NCBI RefSeq assembly: GCF_048593235.1
Contig: NC_133620.1
Span: 296,561,765 to 296,625,764, forward strand
DNA: 64,000 bases
Reading direction: 5' to 3'
From: Sminthopsis crassicaudata
Lineage: Eukaryota
Positions 23,979 to 35,076 of this stretch are shown piece by piece (position 1 is the first letter of the stretch; each line of letters opens with the position of its first letter). The translations under genes were made by a program, and so were the position numbers. Below the pieces are notes generated by a model, which worked only from the letters and a program-made list of their open reading frames with translations, was not told where the DNA came from and did not search any database.

Positions 23979-24454
23979 GTAATGGGGAGTCTATTTGGAA
24001 CCTGGAGAGCGGGAAACCATCTCCACGCAGGGGGGCGGGGCGGACTGCGCTGCCGGATCCCGGGAACGGAGCAGCGGTGGCTCTAGGCACCTGTATCCCT
24101 CAGGGATGGTGCAGGCGCGCGCGGCATATGGTCTGGTCGCGGCTCCGGTCTCCCGGGATCCTGGGAGGTCGAACCAAGGAAGAAACTTGAGAAGTCGCTC
24201 AGTTCTCGGTGTTTGAGTGCGTGTCCCTGAGAGGGGGCGGGGCGCGGCCTCCGTGCGGTGGTTGAGGGTAGGTTGTCTAATGGAAAAAGTCTTGAGCCAA
24301 TCGGGGTCTTAGAGGTCCCATCGGGAGTTGGTAATTCCGCTCGCCCACTGCCCTCAGGAATCCCGCTATCCTATTCCTTCCATCCTAAATCAGTTCCCAC
24401 ATCTCGGCCTTCTCTCCCCGGCCCCATGCTGGAGTTGGACCCTCCCCTGTTCAA

Positions 24455-24467
24455 CCACCAGGGGGCG
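24455..24467 (+). promoter_or_regulatory. CTCF motif
   Basis: CCACCAGGGGGCG, the canonical core. Confidence 0.6.
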
Positions 24468-26422
24468 AGGGCGGTGCGCGTTCCTGTTTCTGGGAGGCGG
24501 GGCTGATTGACCGTGCTAGGCTGCCGGAGTCTTCTTGAGCTCTTTAGATCCCAAGTGTGTGGGCTCCTGGTGCTTGGGGGAAGGGGCTTAGTGTCAGTGG
24601 CGAGCCCACCTGAACAGTAAAAGGCGGAAGAGTGGAGGTGACGAAGTGGTACAAGGGGGCACAGCGCCCTCCACCCAAAACAATTAGGAGCGCGCTGTGT
24701 CAGGGCGTGAGAAAGGCAGCCTGCTTGTAATTAGCAAAGAAGACCAGCTTCTGGTCAAGAGTGGCTTTTGGTGGAGGTGGTTTGAAGAAGGGGTTAGAAA
24801 GAGCAGAAGCCAGAACCCTACGGAGAGACCCGAAAGCATGAAAACGGAGAAACGAAAAGGTCTGAGTGCCTGAGTGTTTTGTCTGGGAGGAGCAAACTAT
24901 TCCTTCCGGGGGGGGCGGAGCCACAGCGAGGCTCCGGGCTCAGGACTGAGCTCTTGTCTTACTCTTCCACTACGGCTTGCATTGTTGCTAGAGTAACTGG
25001 AGGCAGAGTCGGGAGCCAGATTCTCAAGCTGTCCCAGCCGCCCAATCCGTTTAAGGACATTCTGGTGACATCACCGACAGACCGCCAATGGAGTGGAAGG
25101 GGGTTGCGGCCTGATGATAGTGGGGGTGGGGGAAGAAGGGATAGGGAAGAGAGAGTAGAGGGGGCTGGGGATTAGAGGGATCTCTGAGCAGCTGCTTCAG
25201 ACCTGCACGTGCACTCCCACACGCTCACATCTTTCACTCCCCCTCTTAACCAACCTCCTACCCCCCGCACGCGTCTCATTACCGTTTTGCGCCTGCGCGG
25301 AGAGTTGACCGACATCCCGGCCCTGCTATGTATTAGCCAACCTTCTGGGGCTTTATTCCTGCTTCTGTCCCTTTGATTGCCCCCCCACCCCCAAGATCTA
25401 AGGCTTTCTAGTAAACACACCCTGAGGCTCCAGCTCTCTGAAAGTCTACGGTAGACTTTAATTGCAAGTCAGTAATCTCTACTTTGAAGTTGGCGGGATA
25501 GGGAGAAAGAACAAGCTGGGCTACCTGGGTTCCTATCCCAGCTGGCACCCTCCGATCCCAGGTGGTACTGGGTGGAGCTGTGGTTTCCTGCTTCATCTGT
25601 TAAGGAGGGAGTCTTGCTACTACTATTCCTTCCTCTGGGCCTCAAGAAGCCTTGGCTTTCTTCCCCGAGGGTGATTAGAATCTCCCTGGTTTTCACTGGC
25701 AGAATCAGAACTGAGGGAAAGAAAGCTGAAAATTAGAACATAGATATTGAAAGCTGTGAGCTAGATTTCCAGTAGCCCACTTAGAAGGCAAGAAGAACCT
25801 GTAAGAACTCAGTCTCGTCCTTCTCGCAGTTTTCCTCATTTGTATAAAGTTTTTAGCTTTTTTCTTCATTTTTTATAATCCAATGTCTCTCCCTTTTTAA
25901 TGCTTCTTCAAATAGTCTTCCAGAATCTGTGTCATTCTATTTGTTTCCTAGTGTCTGTCTCTTTTCTTTCTGCTTCTCTTGATTATATAACTCTCCCTCT
26001 TGCCTTGTCCTGATTTCAACTCTGGAGACTCCGCCCTGGAATGGAGGAGGAGGGGGGAGTGTTAGGATGCCGGGGACAGCCAGGATAGTGATGGGGTTGT
26101 GGAAATCTTTCCCTGGTGGGGAAGAGACCCTACATGCTCACAGCCAGACTGACCCCTCCTCTCGACTTTAATCTCTGTCTCTTATTTCCTGTCCAAGATG
26201 AATCTCCTGAAAGAATAGGGAGAAAATTCAGCTTTAAGCGGGAAAACTAAGATCCTTTAGAGAAATAAGGGGATTTGAGGTTTAAGATTTGGGAATGAAG
26301 CTTGTTTGGACATGCTCTCCTACTAGACTTCCCAGAATTCCTAAGGTTATTTCTCTTTATGCTGGTTTACCACTTCCCCCCTGTAGCTAGGGGTCAGAGG
26401 TTGGTGTCAGAGGTGGCAGAGA

Positions 26423-26443
26423 TGACGTCATTAGTGCACGTGC
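26423..26443. promoter_or_regulatory. CRE plus E-box composite
   Basis: TGACGTCA at 26423-26430 and GCACGTGC at 26436-26443. Confidence 0.5.
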
Positions 26444-27490
26444 CTGGGGGTGGTTGCTAGGCAGTGTGGCCTCCTCTCCCACTTTTAGTCCTATGGAGAT
26501 CCGTTGCCACCTCTTCCCCTTTCCTATCCTAGTATACGCAGGTGGGAAATCCTGGACTGGATTTGGGGGGGGGGGCGGCGTAGTGAAGTGTAGGGTGTGG
26601 TGAGTGGCCCAGAAATTTCACCCTACCTACTTAGATTTTGCTCCCATGAGTCTGCCATTCCCTTCCTCTTTTCCCTTTCTGCTGCTTCCTGAGGGAGCAA
26701 CGTGGGAGACAGTATGGGTTGTGTGTGTGGTAGTGGGACATTACTCAAAAAAAGATATTTGTGGGGATTACATACTTTTCTACTTTCCCCTTCACTTAAC
26801 AGCACTCTCCTCCCCCCTCCAGTCTCTATGGGATATATGCAGGAATAATATATGACTCAAACTTATGTCTTTAATTTTTGGGGGGCGGATCAGTTTTACA
26901 TTTCACTTTTATGGGGAGGGACTGAGAGGACTTTGACAGCTGGAGGCTGCTGTTGGGCAGGTATTTATTTGCATCCTGGGTTGAAAAGTGGGGGAGGGGC
27001 AGGTTTAAAATTGGCTCATGCCATTATTCTGGTGGACAGACCAGCGTCCCCTTTCCCCAATAGCTTGGGAATGGGGGTGTCGGGTGGGAAGAGGGAGGAG
27101 GAGAGCTTGTATTAATTTGGTGGTGATGGTAATCTTCAGCAACTCTGGTTTCTTCATTTGATAGGGGGGTTTAGTTACAGTGTTAATGCTCTGCTTCTTT
27201 AGTCTTTTGCATTCTTCAGGAAGAAACAACTCGGACTATTTTATTTAAAAGGGAAGGCAATTGTATTGTAGCTCTCAGATTTTTCAGGGGATTTCTCGTT
27301 CATGTTTTCTGGAGCCCTTTAATTCTGTAAGGGGACTTCCATATTTTTTTCATTAGGGGAGGGGGAAGGGGGACGGGAACTGAAGGGTGTATAAAAGGTT
27401 GGGGGGGTGGGTGGAGAGGCAACAGCTAAAGGGGCGTGGGGGGGGGGCGGGGTTGCTGAAGGAAGAGACCGGAAGGGGAGGAGGAGGGAG

Positions 27491-27638
27491 NNNNNNNNNN
27501 NNNNNNNNNNNNNNNNNNNNNNNNNNNNNNNNNNNNNNNNNNNNNNNNNNNNNNNNNNNNNNNNNNNNNNNNNNNNNNNNNNNNNNNNNNNNNNNNNNNN
27601 NNNNNNNNNNNNNNNNNNNNNNNNNNNNNNNNNNNNNN
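27491..27638. other. Assembly gap (N run)
   Basis: 148 N bases. Confidence 1.
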
Positions 27639-27829
27639 AGGGAGGCAGAGGCCGCAAGAGCCGGGGACAGGCCCAGGAGGCAGAGGAGGGATCGTCTCCC
27701 CCGCCCCCCTTCAGTCCCCGCTTCCCCCCCCCTTCCGCTGCTCCCCCCTCCCTACCCGGACTCGGGGGCACCGCCGGGGGACAGACACCCAGCAGGTAAC
27801 CCCCGGCCCGGCTCCCCAAACACCACCTA

Positions 27830-27982
27830 NNNNNNNNNNNNNNNNNNNNNNNNNNNNNNNNNNNNNNNNNNNNNNNNNNNNNNNNNNNNNNNNNNNNNNN
27901 NNNNNNNNNNNNNNNNNNNNNNNNNNNNNNNNNNNNNNNNNNNNNNNNNNNNNNNNNNNNNNNNNNNNNNNNNNNNNNNNNN
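27830..27982. other. Assembly gap (N run)
   Basis: 153 N bases. Confidence 1.
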
Positions 27983-29189
27983 TCCCCCACCTTTTTCTGT
28001 CTCTTCTTTTACTCCAGTCTCTCCTTTTATCTCTCTATTTTGCCATGTCTTCCTCTTGTCTGCCTCTGGTGTCTCTTCTCCGTGTAGACTCCCCTTTCTC
28101 TTCTTCCCCCCCACCTCCCCATTGATTTCCTTGTGCTTAAACCTCCCCCTCCCCCACTTCACCTCTACCCGACTCTCGCCCAGGTTCCCGGTCTCTTCTC
28201 CAGCTTCCTTCTACCCATATCTCCCTCTCTAGGTTCTGTCGTCTCCACCTCTTGATGTTCCCTTAGGTGCCCATCTGTTCTTTCCTGTGGAAGAAACCCT
28301 TAGCCCTTTCCTCATTTTCTGAGGTTCCCAATCCCTCCAGCCCTGAACCCTTTTCTCCTGGCAGCTATTGGGGGAAGGAGGGAACCGGAATTGGGGAGGG
28401 GGCATTTAGAGGGGGTGGATGGGGGCTGTCTGTGGTTCTGGGGGTTGGTTTCAAAAAGTGATAGAGGGGGTGGGGAAGGCTCCATTAACATGAGTGTCTG
28501 TGGGGGTGGTTCCAGTATGATGTCCCTTTAAATAAGCTGAGAAGGGAAATAGCCCCAAATGTCTAGGGTTAGGGTGGTAATGTAAAAGGAATAGCATCAG
28601 GGTAGTTAGTCACTTCCACCTTTCATTGATTGAAGGGAACAGTGGTAGGATACAGCATAGTCTCAAGGGAGTCAGTCTAGGGTTGAAGGGGGTTGTTTTG
28701 GGGGATCTGGTGAAAGGGGATTGGCTAGCAAGGTAGAGAAGAATGCTCTGGTGAAACGGGGCCTGAGGAAGGAGGGGGGGGGCTATATCTCTGGCAGCCA
28801 GCCCAATCTAATAGGGGGGTTGTAGTTTGAGTTTTCTTCTTGTATTCCATATCCCAATCCCATATTCCCCTCACCTCAGAGTGTAGGGCCCACAGTGATG
28901 GTCACTGGAAACTTGAATTACAGATCAGGAGGTTGAGGAAAAAGAGCCTAGAAAGACATGGAAGTCTGTTTCTCTCCTGGGTTCACTACTTGGAGAAGAT
29001 AAAGGAGTTCCTAGCCTTCCCCTTTTGTTCAGGGGCTAGGCACTAGAGAGCCTCAACCCCTCCCTTTGTCATCCCCCTCCCCATTCCGTACTACCTCTCC
29101 TCCCCCAGCCCAGCTGTTGGGCAGATGAATTACAGCCTCTAGTTCTGGGCCAGGGCTAATAAGAGATTAAGGTTGTGGTGCTGGATTTG

Positions 29190-29350
29190 GAATAAAGGTT
29201 TGAAAGTGCAGGGTATGTGGAGACCTGGATTTGAATCCTGCCTAAATCCTTCAACCTCAGTGCCTCAGTTTCCTCATTTGTGAAAGCTGGGATAATTATA
29301 TTTTCATTACTGACTTTACAGGATTGAGTAAAATCTTTTGCAAGTTTTGT
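29190..29350 (+). mobile_element. MIR fragment
   Basis: acctggatttgaatcc...cctcagtttcctcatttgtgaa. Confidence 0.5.
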
Positions 29351-30412
29351 TATTAATATTTACTGACTCTTCTTTTCCTCTATTTTCAATCCCAACCTGA
29401 CTCTCTTAACTTTGCTCTGACCCTTGCATCCTATTGCCCTTCTCAAGTGATGCTACCTACCTCCTAGTGAGGACCACCTGGATCCTTACTCAACCCTTAT
29501 CAGTAAGGAAGTTTGCTTCCCCATCTCCTCAGCCCACTTGTCATAAGGGAGGACTGTTGGTGGGTCAGGAATAACAACTCCTTAGGAAGGAGTGTCATCA
29601 GCAGTCACTGTGGTTTACAGCAGATTGCATCATGAAGACTGGGGGGGGGGGGGCAGAGGCCTGGTTTCTGGAGGAAGGAACAAGAATGGGCAGGACATAG
29701 ACATAGGTTTCTAATAGGAATGTGGAGAACTTATGTGAGAATTTGGGGTGCTGGTAGGTGATATAGGGGTCATAGATTCTTGAAGGAATTGAAATGGAAC
29801 ATGGCTTAAACATGATTCCTGGGAAGGATGGATCAGACACTTTGTAAAACAGTGCCCTGTCACCTTTCCTGTTCATTTTATTAGAGGAAGGAAGTGATGG
29901 GGAAACAGCATATGACCTTGAAGGGAATTCCTTCACCCATATTTTCCCTTTCTAACTCTTGAGCAGCGTACTGTATAAGGCCAAAGAAGCTCCTATATAT
30001 ACCTGGCAGAAAGGGGAGTCTTTGGCTCCTCCCTTTCTGGTCCCGTTCAGCCTGTCCAGTCACCTCTGTTTTAGCTGGGACCTGCCTGGCCTTGGGGGAA
30101 GAATAGGGGAGGAGAGGGTGCAGGGTGCAGGGTGCAGAGTCCAGAGGGTGGAGTTGGCCATCTGGTTGCTAGATAAGACTGGGTGGAGGCAATAGCTCGG
30201 GGGAGGGGCAAAATCCTGGGACATCCCAGTTTAGGCTCCTTGGACTAGGAAGGTTAGGTTGATTTGAGGAAAATAGAACCCTGGGAAGAAGGTCTCAGGA
30301 TGGAATTGAACTTAGATTTCCTCAGATAGTATATGTTATCTGAGAACATTATACCCAGGACCCTGTTGTCACTCACCTCCTTCCCTTTCTTAGTCAGAAC
30401 TGGTGTGAAAGA

Positions 30413-30438
30413 GTGTGTGTGTGTGTGTGTGTGTGTGT
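30413..30438. repeat. (GT)13 microsatellite
   Basis: Direct read. Confidence 0.95.
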
Positions 30439-30603
30439 ACTTACGTATTGGAGAGCAGAGGAATGGCTTTTTCTAGTTGCCATGGAAACAGATTCTTCCT
30501 GTTCCTTTACCCCAGCCGGTTCTGTGAGTGGCTGGGGAAAGTGGACAAAGGGAGGCTTTCTGGTTGGGACTCTCCCTTCCTAACATCCTTTTCTTTTCTA
30601 CAG

Positions 30604-30745
30604 GTTCCCCCCCAAAACAAAACAAAATAAAAAAACACCATCACCATGACAGCTCCATAGTGCCACCCAACCCTCCCCTGCCTGCTATATCGCATTTACA
30701 GGGGCACTGGTGCCAATGAGAGAGAGGTGTACCAAGCTCCAGTTG
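30604..30745 (+). other. KDM6B: KDM6B 5'UTR exon (candidate)
   Basis: Polypyrimidine-CAG acceptor and TTG|GTAAGT donor; 3' half resembles the human 5'UTR as recalled (CCAATGAGA...CCA..TG). Confidence 0.65.
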
Positions 30746-31917
30746 GTAAGTCCTACCCCCATGGGTCCCTTCTTCCTATGTATGTATTTGTATGTTTACA
30801 TATTTATATTATATATTTATAATATGTATTATCTTTATCCCTTAATCTGCTACTCTCCCCAGGTTTATATAATCTGGAGATTAATGGATCTAGTCTACTT
30901 GTCTACTTGCCCACTATACATAACATGAATGGTTCAGTCTTTTTAGTTCATTGTTTTTCTCCTGAGGTTCAGTTGATAGATACTTCCCAGCTTGCCTCCT
31001 GAGCTTATTCAATCCATTTTTATAGTTATTGGATAAATCCCCACATATACTTCCCTTGAATGGTGTGGCTTAATCTCCATTTTGCTAAAGCTGGCAAAAT
31101 GATGGCATATGAGAGATATCATGAAAACTGGAGGTGTGGGGGAGGGGAGCATATTAAACCTTTTGCTCTATCCAGTTGTTTTTGGATAATTGACTTTGGG
31201 GAGAGGACTAAGCAGAGTTTATAAGGAGATAGGATCATTTAGACTAATCAAGGAGAGGAAATAACAGGATTTTTGCTGTGAACAACATATGGTTGCTATG
31301 ACAATTCCAGGAATACCTTCCTGAATTCTCTTTTATTTCTCTCTTCTCTTTTTACGAACCCCTTTCTCCATCCAATTCCTAGAACTTCCTTAAGCCAAGT
31401 CTTCCTGATTAGTCCCTATTATCATCTCCTTCCTCACTTTCTTAGCTCTTGTTTTGAGGATTTGTCTTATTGTCCCTGCCTGTTCCCATTTATTATTACA
31501 TTACAATTCTTAACAACCAGCTCCTAGACTCCTGTTTTCATTAAGGAATAGAAAGGAAGTATAGACAGCATGTTTAGCTCTGTTTGATAACTATACCAGG
31601 GTCATCTCCAAGGACACCCAGTACCAGTTTCCTAACTCATCCTCAAATTCTGCCTCTGATCCTTGACCAAAACCACATTCCTGTTCTGTAGAAGTGAAGG
31701 AAAGCTGAGATCTGCCATAGGGGCAATGAAATTTTGCCAGCATTTTAAAAGCACATACTGTATATATGTCTAGTAGGTATTCTGGTAGCCCTGAAGAAAA
31801 AACAAGAATGAAAAAGTATTTGCTCTTAGAGATTATGTTCTACTGAAGCAACAAGGTAGTGAAACAAAAGGGAAAGACAGATCCAATGAATTCTAATATT
31901 GAGAAGTTCAATCCCCT

Positions 31918-31922
<5 letters not shown>

Positions 31923-31948
<26 letters not shown>
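31923..31948. repeat. (TA)13 microsatellite
   Basis: Direct read. Confidence 0.95.
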
Positions 31949-31950
<2 letters not shown>

Positions 31951-32701
31951 CTGAGGCAACAAGCCTTCTAAGGTTCATATAGAGCATCATCATTAATATT
32001 CAGGATAGAAATGAGGAAAATAGTTTTGTCAGATATGTACTTTGCCTTGATGAATACAGAGATTCGAGATGAGAGTATGACAAAAGAGGTCAGGCATGTG
32101 CAGATGTAAGGAGAAAGTGAAAGCCTACACAGAATAAGACATGCAGAGACAATCCCACTAGCAGGGAGGAAAGAAGGAGTAATAACTAAAAACCAAATGT
32201 GTTTAGGGAGGCCCGACTCCCAGCAGAGCATTGGCATATGCAGGTGCATAAAGAAACAGAGACATTGTTAGAAACATGCCCCACCACAGATATCAGAGTC
32301 AGAGACTTACTGTGCCACTTACAGCTTGCCTGGGCCAGCTCTTGGTCACAGTCTTATTCTGATTTAGTCCTTCAGGTTCCCCCCTCCCCCTGTATCATGC
32401 AGGAATGGGGCAAACTGGAAGTAGAATCCTGGTAACCTTTAAATAAATCTTAGTATGGTTGGGTTGAATCACAGAAGAGCCCCAAGGGGTCATTCTTAAA
32501 CACCCCACCTCCCTCATTTAGTCTTCCTTCTCCCCCACCCCTGCTGTGCTTTAACGTGGCCATGAGGGACTGAGAAAGTATGAAAGTAAATCAAAATGTA
32601 TTTGGTAAGTTTTTATGCTTGTTTATATGTATGTGTATGTATATATGGTCCTATGAAACCTTGTCTTTATAGGGTTCTGTTTCTACTTGTCTGGGTGTGG
32701 G

Positions 32702-32704
<3 letters not shown>

Positions 32705-32750
<46 letters not shown>
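32705..32750. repeat. (TG)23 microsatellite
   Basis: Direct read. Confidence 0.95.
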
Positions 32751-32752
<2 letters not shown>

Positions 32753-33918
32753 TGTGTCTGTGTCTGTATGGGTATCAGCACTCAATTGCTCTGGAGCACT
32801 TGCTCATTCATGCACCCCGGATAATGATTGTGTATGAGTATACATCCTGTGGGGATGAGCTACTCCTGTAGTGTTGGGGATTCTTTCTCAATTTGCTTAA
32901 GCAGAGTAGTTGAGGTTTTGTTGGCTAATCTGATATTGTCTCCTTTTGGGGAAAGGGGAGTTAAAACTATCAAAAAGTCCAAGGCCCGGATGGAAAGGTG
33001 GAGCCTGGTTAGCCTGGGAAAACCCGGATGAAGAGGGCAGGGCCTAACCTAGGAAAGAATTAACCCTTTGAGAGGTACTCCTTTGTGATTTTCCTGACTT
33101 GGTCTGGAGTCTCCTGAATGCTGAGAGTGCCCAACACATAGATAAGTGTCTTTATCCATTAAAGATATGCCTTATACCTCCTTTTGTGTGCAGGTTACCA
33201 TAGGTTCTAGATGATTGCTCATTCTTTCAGCTCTTATCTCTGTTGGACCTTGACACTTAATGGCTCAGAAAGCTACCTGGCTTTGTTCAGACAGTCATAA
33301 CCTAGTTGGCTGCAGAATAAATGATATTTTCAGCCTTAGACACTTTAGAAGACCTTATATTAACTTATAGAGAAGGGTTGTAGCCTTCATCAAAGTTACC
33401 AGGTTTTTAAGGTATTGAAGTAGTAGTAGGGCTCTTTTCCAAAATTCAATTCAGCGAGCATTTATTAAAAAGGACCTTCTGTGTGTTCTGAGCAACACCA
33501 ATATCAACAAAAAAAAAAACAAACTTAGATCCCTCTATATTACAGAGCATCCAGCAACTGACAGCTCAAGGGAGATAGCAGGAAATGGCTTGTGTAGGAA
33601 GGAAATAGAACATGAAGGAAGTTAGGAATTCTCCTAGGTGGAACTTTGAAGGGAAGACATTTCAGATCCAAATTTTGCTAACAGGCTGAGAATATGTAGA
33701 GGGAAGTAATAGGACTGAAAAATAATGGGAAATAGCCTTTCTTGGGAGGTCTTCAAAGGCCAATGTAAGAATTTTGTATTTTGTCTTAGTGGAAAGATAT
33801 TTGAGTTGTAGAGTTAATGTGGTCAGATGTGTACTTTTAGGAAGATTATTTGGCTATTGTATCTAGTGAGACTGAAAGTAGGAAAGCCAATAAGAAGACT
33901 TTTTTAAATAGTCCAGGC

Positions 33919-34068
33919 AGGAACAGCTAGGTAGTACAGTAGATAGAGCACTGGCCCTGGAGTCAGAAGGACCCGAGTTCAAATTTTGCCTTAGATACTT
34001 GACATTTACTGTCTGTGTGACCCTGGGCAAGTTACTTTAACCCATTTCTTCCTCCAAAGAAAGAAATA
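33919..34068 (+). mobile_element. WSINE1/CORE-SINE
   Basis: cagctaggtagtacagtagatagagcactggccctggagtcagaaggacccgagttcaaa...CORE...A-rich tail. Confidence 0.75.
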
Positions 34069-35043
34069 GTTTAGACAAAAGATGTTGAAGATCTGAACTA
34101 CTGAATGTAGAAAAAGGGATGAATGTTGTGGATATGTTATAGAGGTAGAATTAAGAAGATGGGGCAACTGAATAGTTATGGTGTAAGAGGCAAACCTCCA
34201 AGATAGAACAAACTTGTATAATAAGAAGTAGGGAAGACTTTTCCTTGCCCCAAAGGAGAAAATAGGGGCACAGTTGTATGCTTTTGGGAAGGAAATAGCT
34301 TGGGTGTATATTAATACAGTCTAGCAGGTGAGTGGGAGGGATTTTCTATGAGGAGTAAGAGAAGGGGATTTTCCATGGTACTAAATTGTGAGAGTGTGTG
34401 TAGGCTGAGAGGTTGTGTCTGTCTCTGACTTTGTGTATGTATGTCTTTGGGGAGGTATGGGGGCTGAGTCAGTGGGAATGTGGGGGAGGCTTTCTTAGTG
34501 ACTCAGACTCCCCCCCACCTAAGCTTGAATCAGACATAGCAGGGAGGGTATCTGAAGAGAGGAAGAATTGAAGCACAAAACCCCTAAGTCCCAGTAAAAG
34601 AATAGAATTTAAAGTGGGGGTAAAGGGGAGGAGCTGGGAATCTGTGATTTTAGTCTATAGCACTGAGAGGAATAGCAGTGTGGGAGTATGAGAGAGATGA
34701 CTGGTGAAACATGTTGCTTATTAGGGGAGAGCTGAGTCAGGCCTCAGTGGGAAAGGGGAAGTGGCTGAGAAGTGTCATCATCAGAAAAAGGGAAGCTACA
34801 TTTCCTGGTAGCTAGCATAGCATTTCTAGGTTCCACTTCCCAGGTAGGGACTCTGGTTCCCCTTCCTTGCTTCTGTCACCCTTGGGAGTCCCCCAGTGGC
34901 TTAGCTCAAGTATATGTAACAGATGGGAGAGAAAGTAAGAGAGAAAGTTATCAGTTTGTTTATTCAAGGAAGGAGGAGCCTTTGAATACATTTAGTTAGT
35001 TCTTTAACATATTTCGAGCTTCTGTGAACTAATTCATTTCTCT

Positions 35044-35076
35044 GGTGGTGGTAGTAGCAGCAGCAGCAGCAGCAGC
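35044..35076. repeat. (GGT)(AGT)(AGC)n trinucleotide tract, intronic
   Basis: ggtggtggtagtagcagcagcagcagcagc. Confidence 0.8.

Larger units (their letters stand above)
23590..24520. promoter_or_regulatory. CpG island and GC-box cluster; KDM6B upstream promoter
   Basis: Dense CpG with many GGGCGG boxes (23600-23850), in contrast to CpG-depleted flanks. Confidence 0.8.

Noticed and set aside
23444-24510. Several 70-170-aa Pro/Gly/Arg-rich ORFs on both strands
   Set aside because: Expected by chance in a CpG island; no recognisable domain.
27319-28232. ORFs of 223 and 281 aa
   Set aside because: They are open only because they run through N gaps.
30321-30344. 8-bp inverted repeat CTCAGATA...TATCTGAG
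   Set aside because: Stems this short are expected several times in 64 kb.
33919-34068. tRNA-like A/B boxes (also at 6586, 20885 and 59352) as tRNA genes
   Set aside because: They are tRNA-derived SINE heads followed by the CORE domain, with no cloverleaf.
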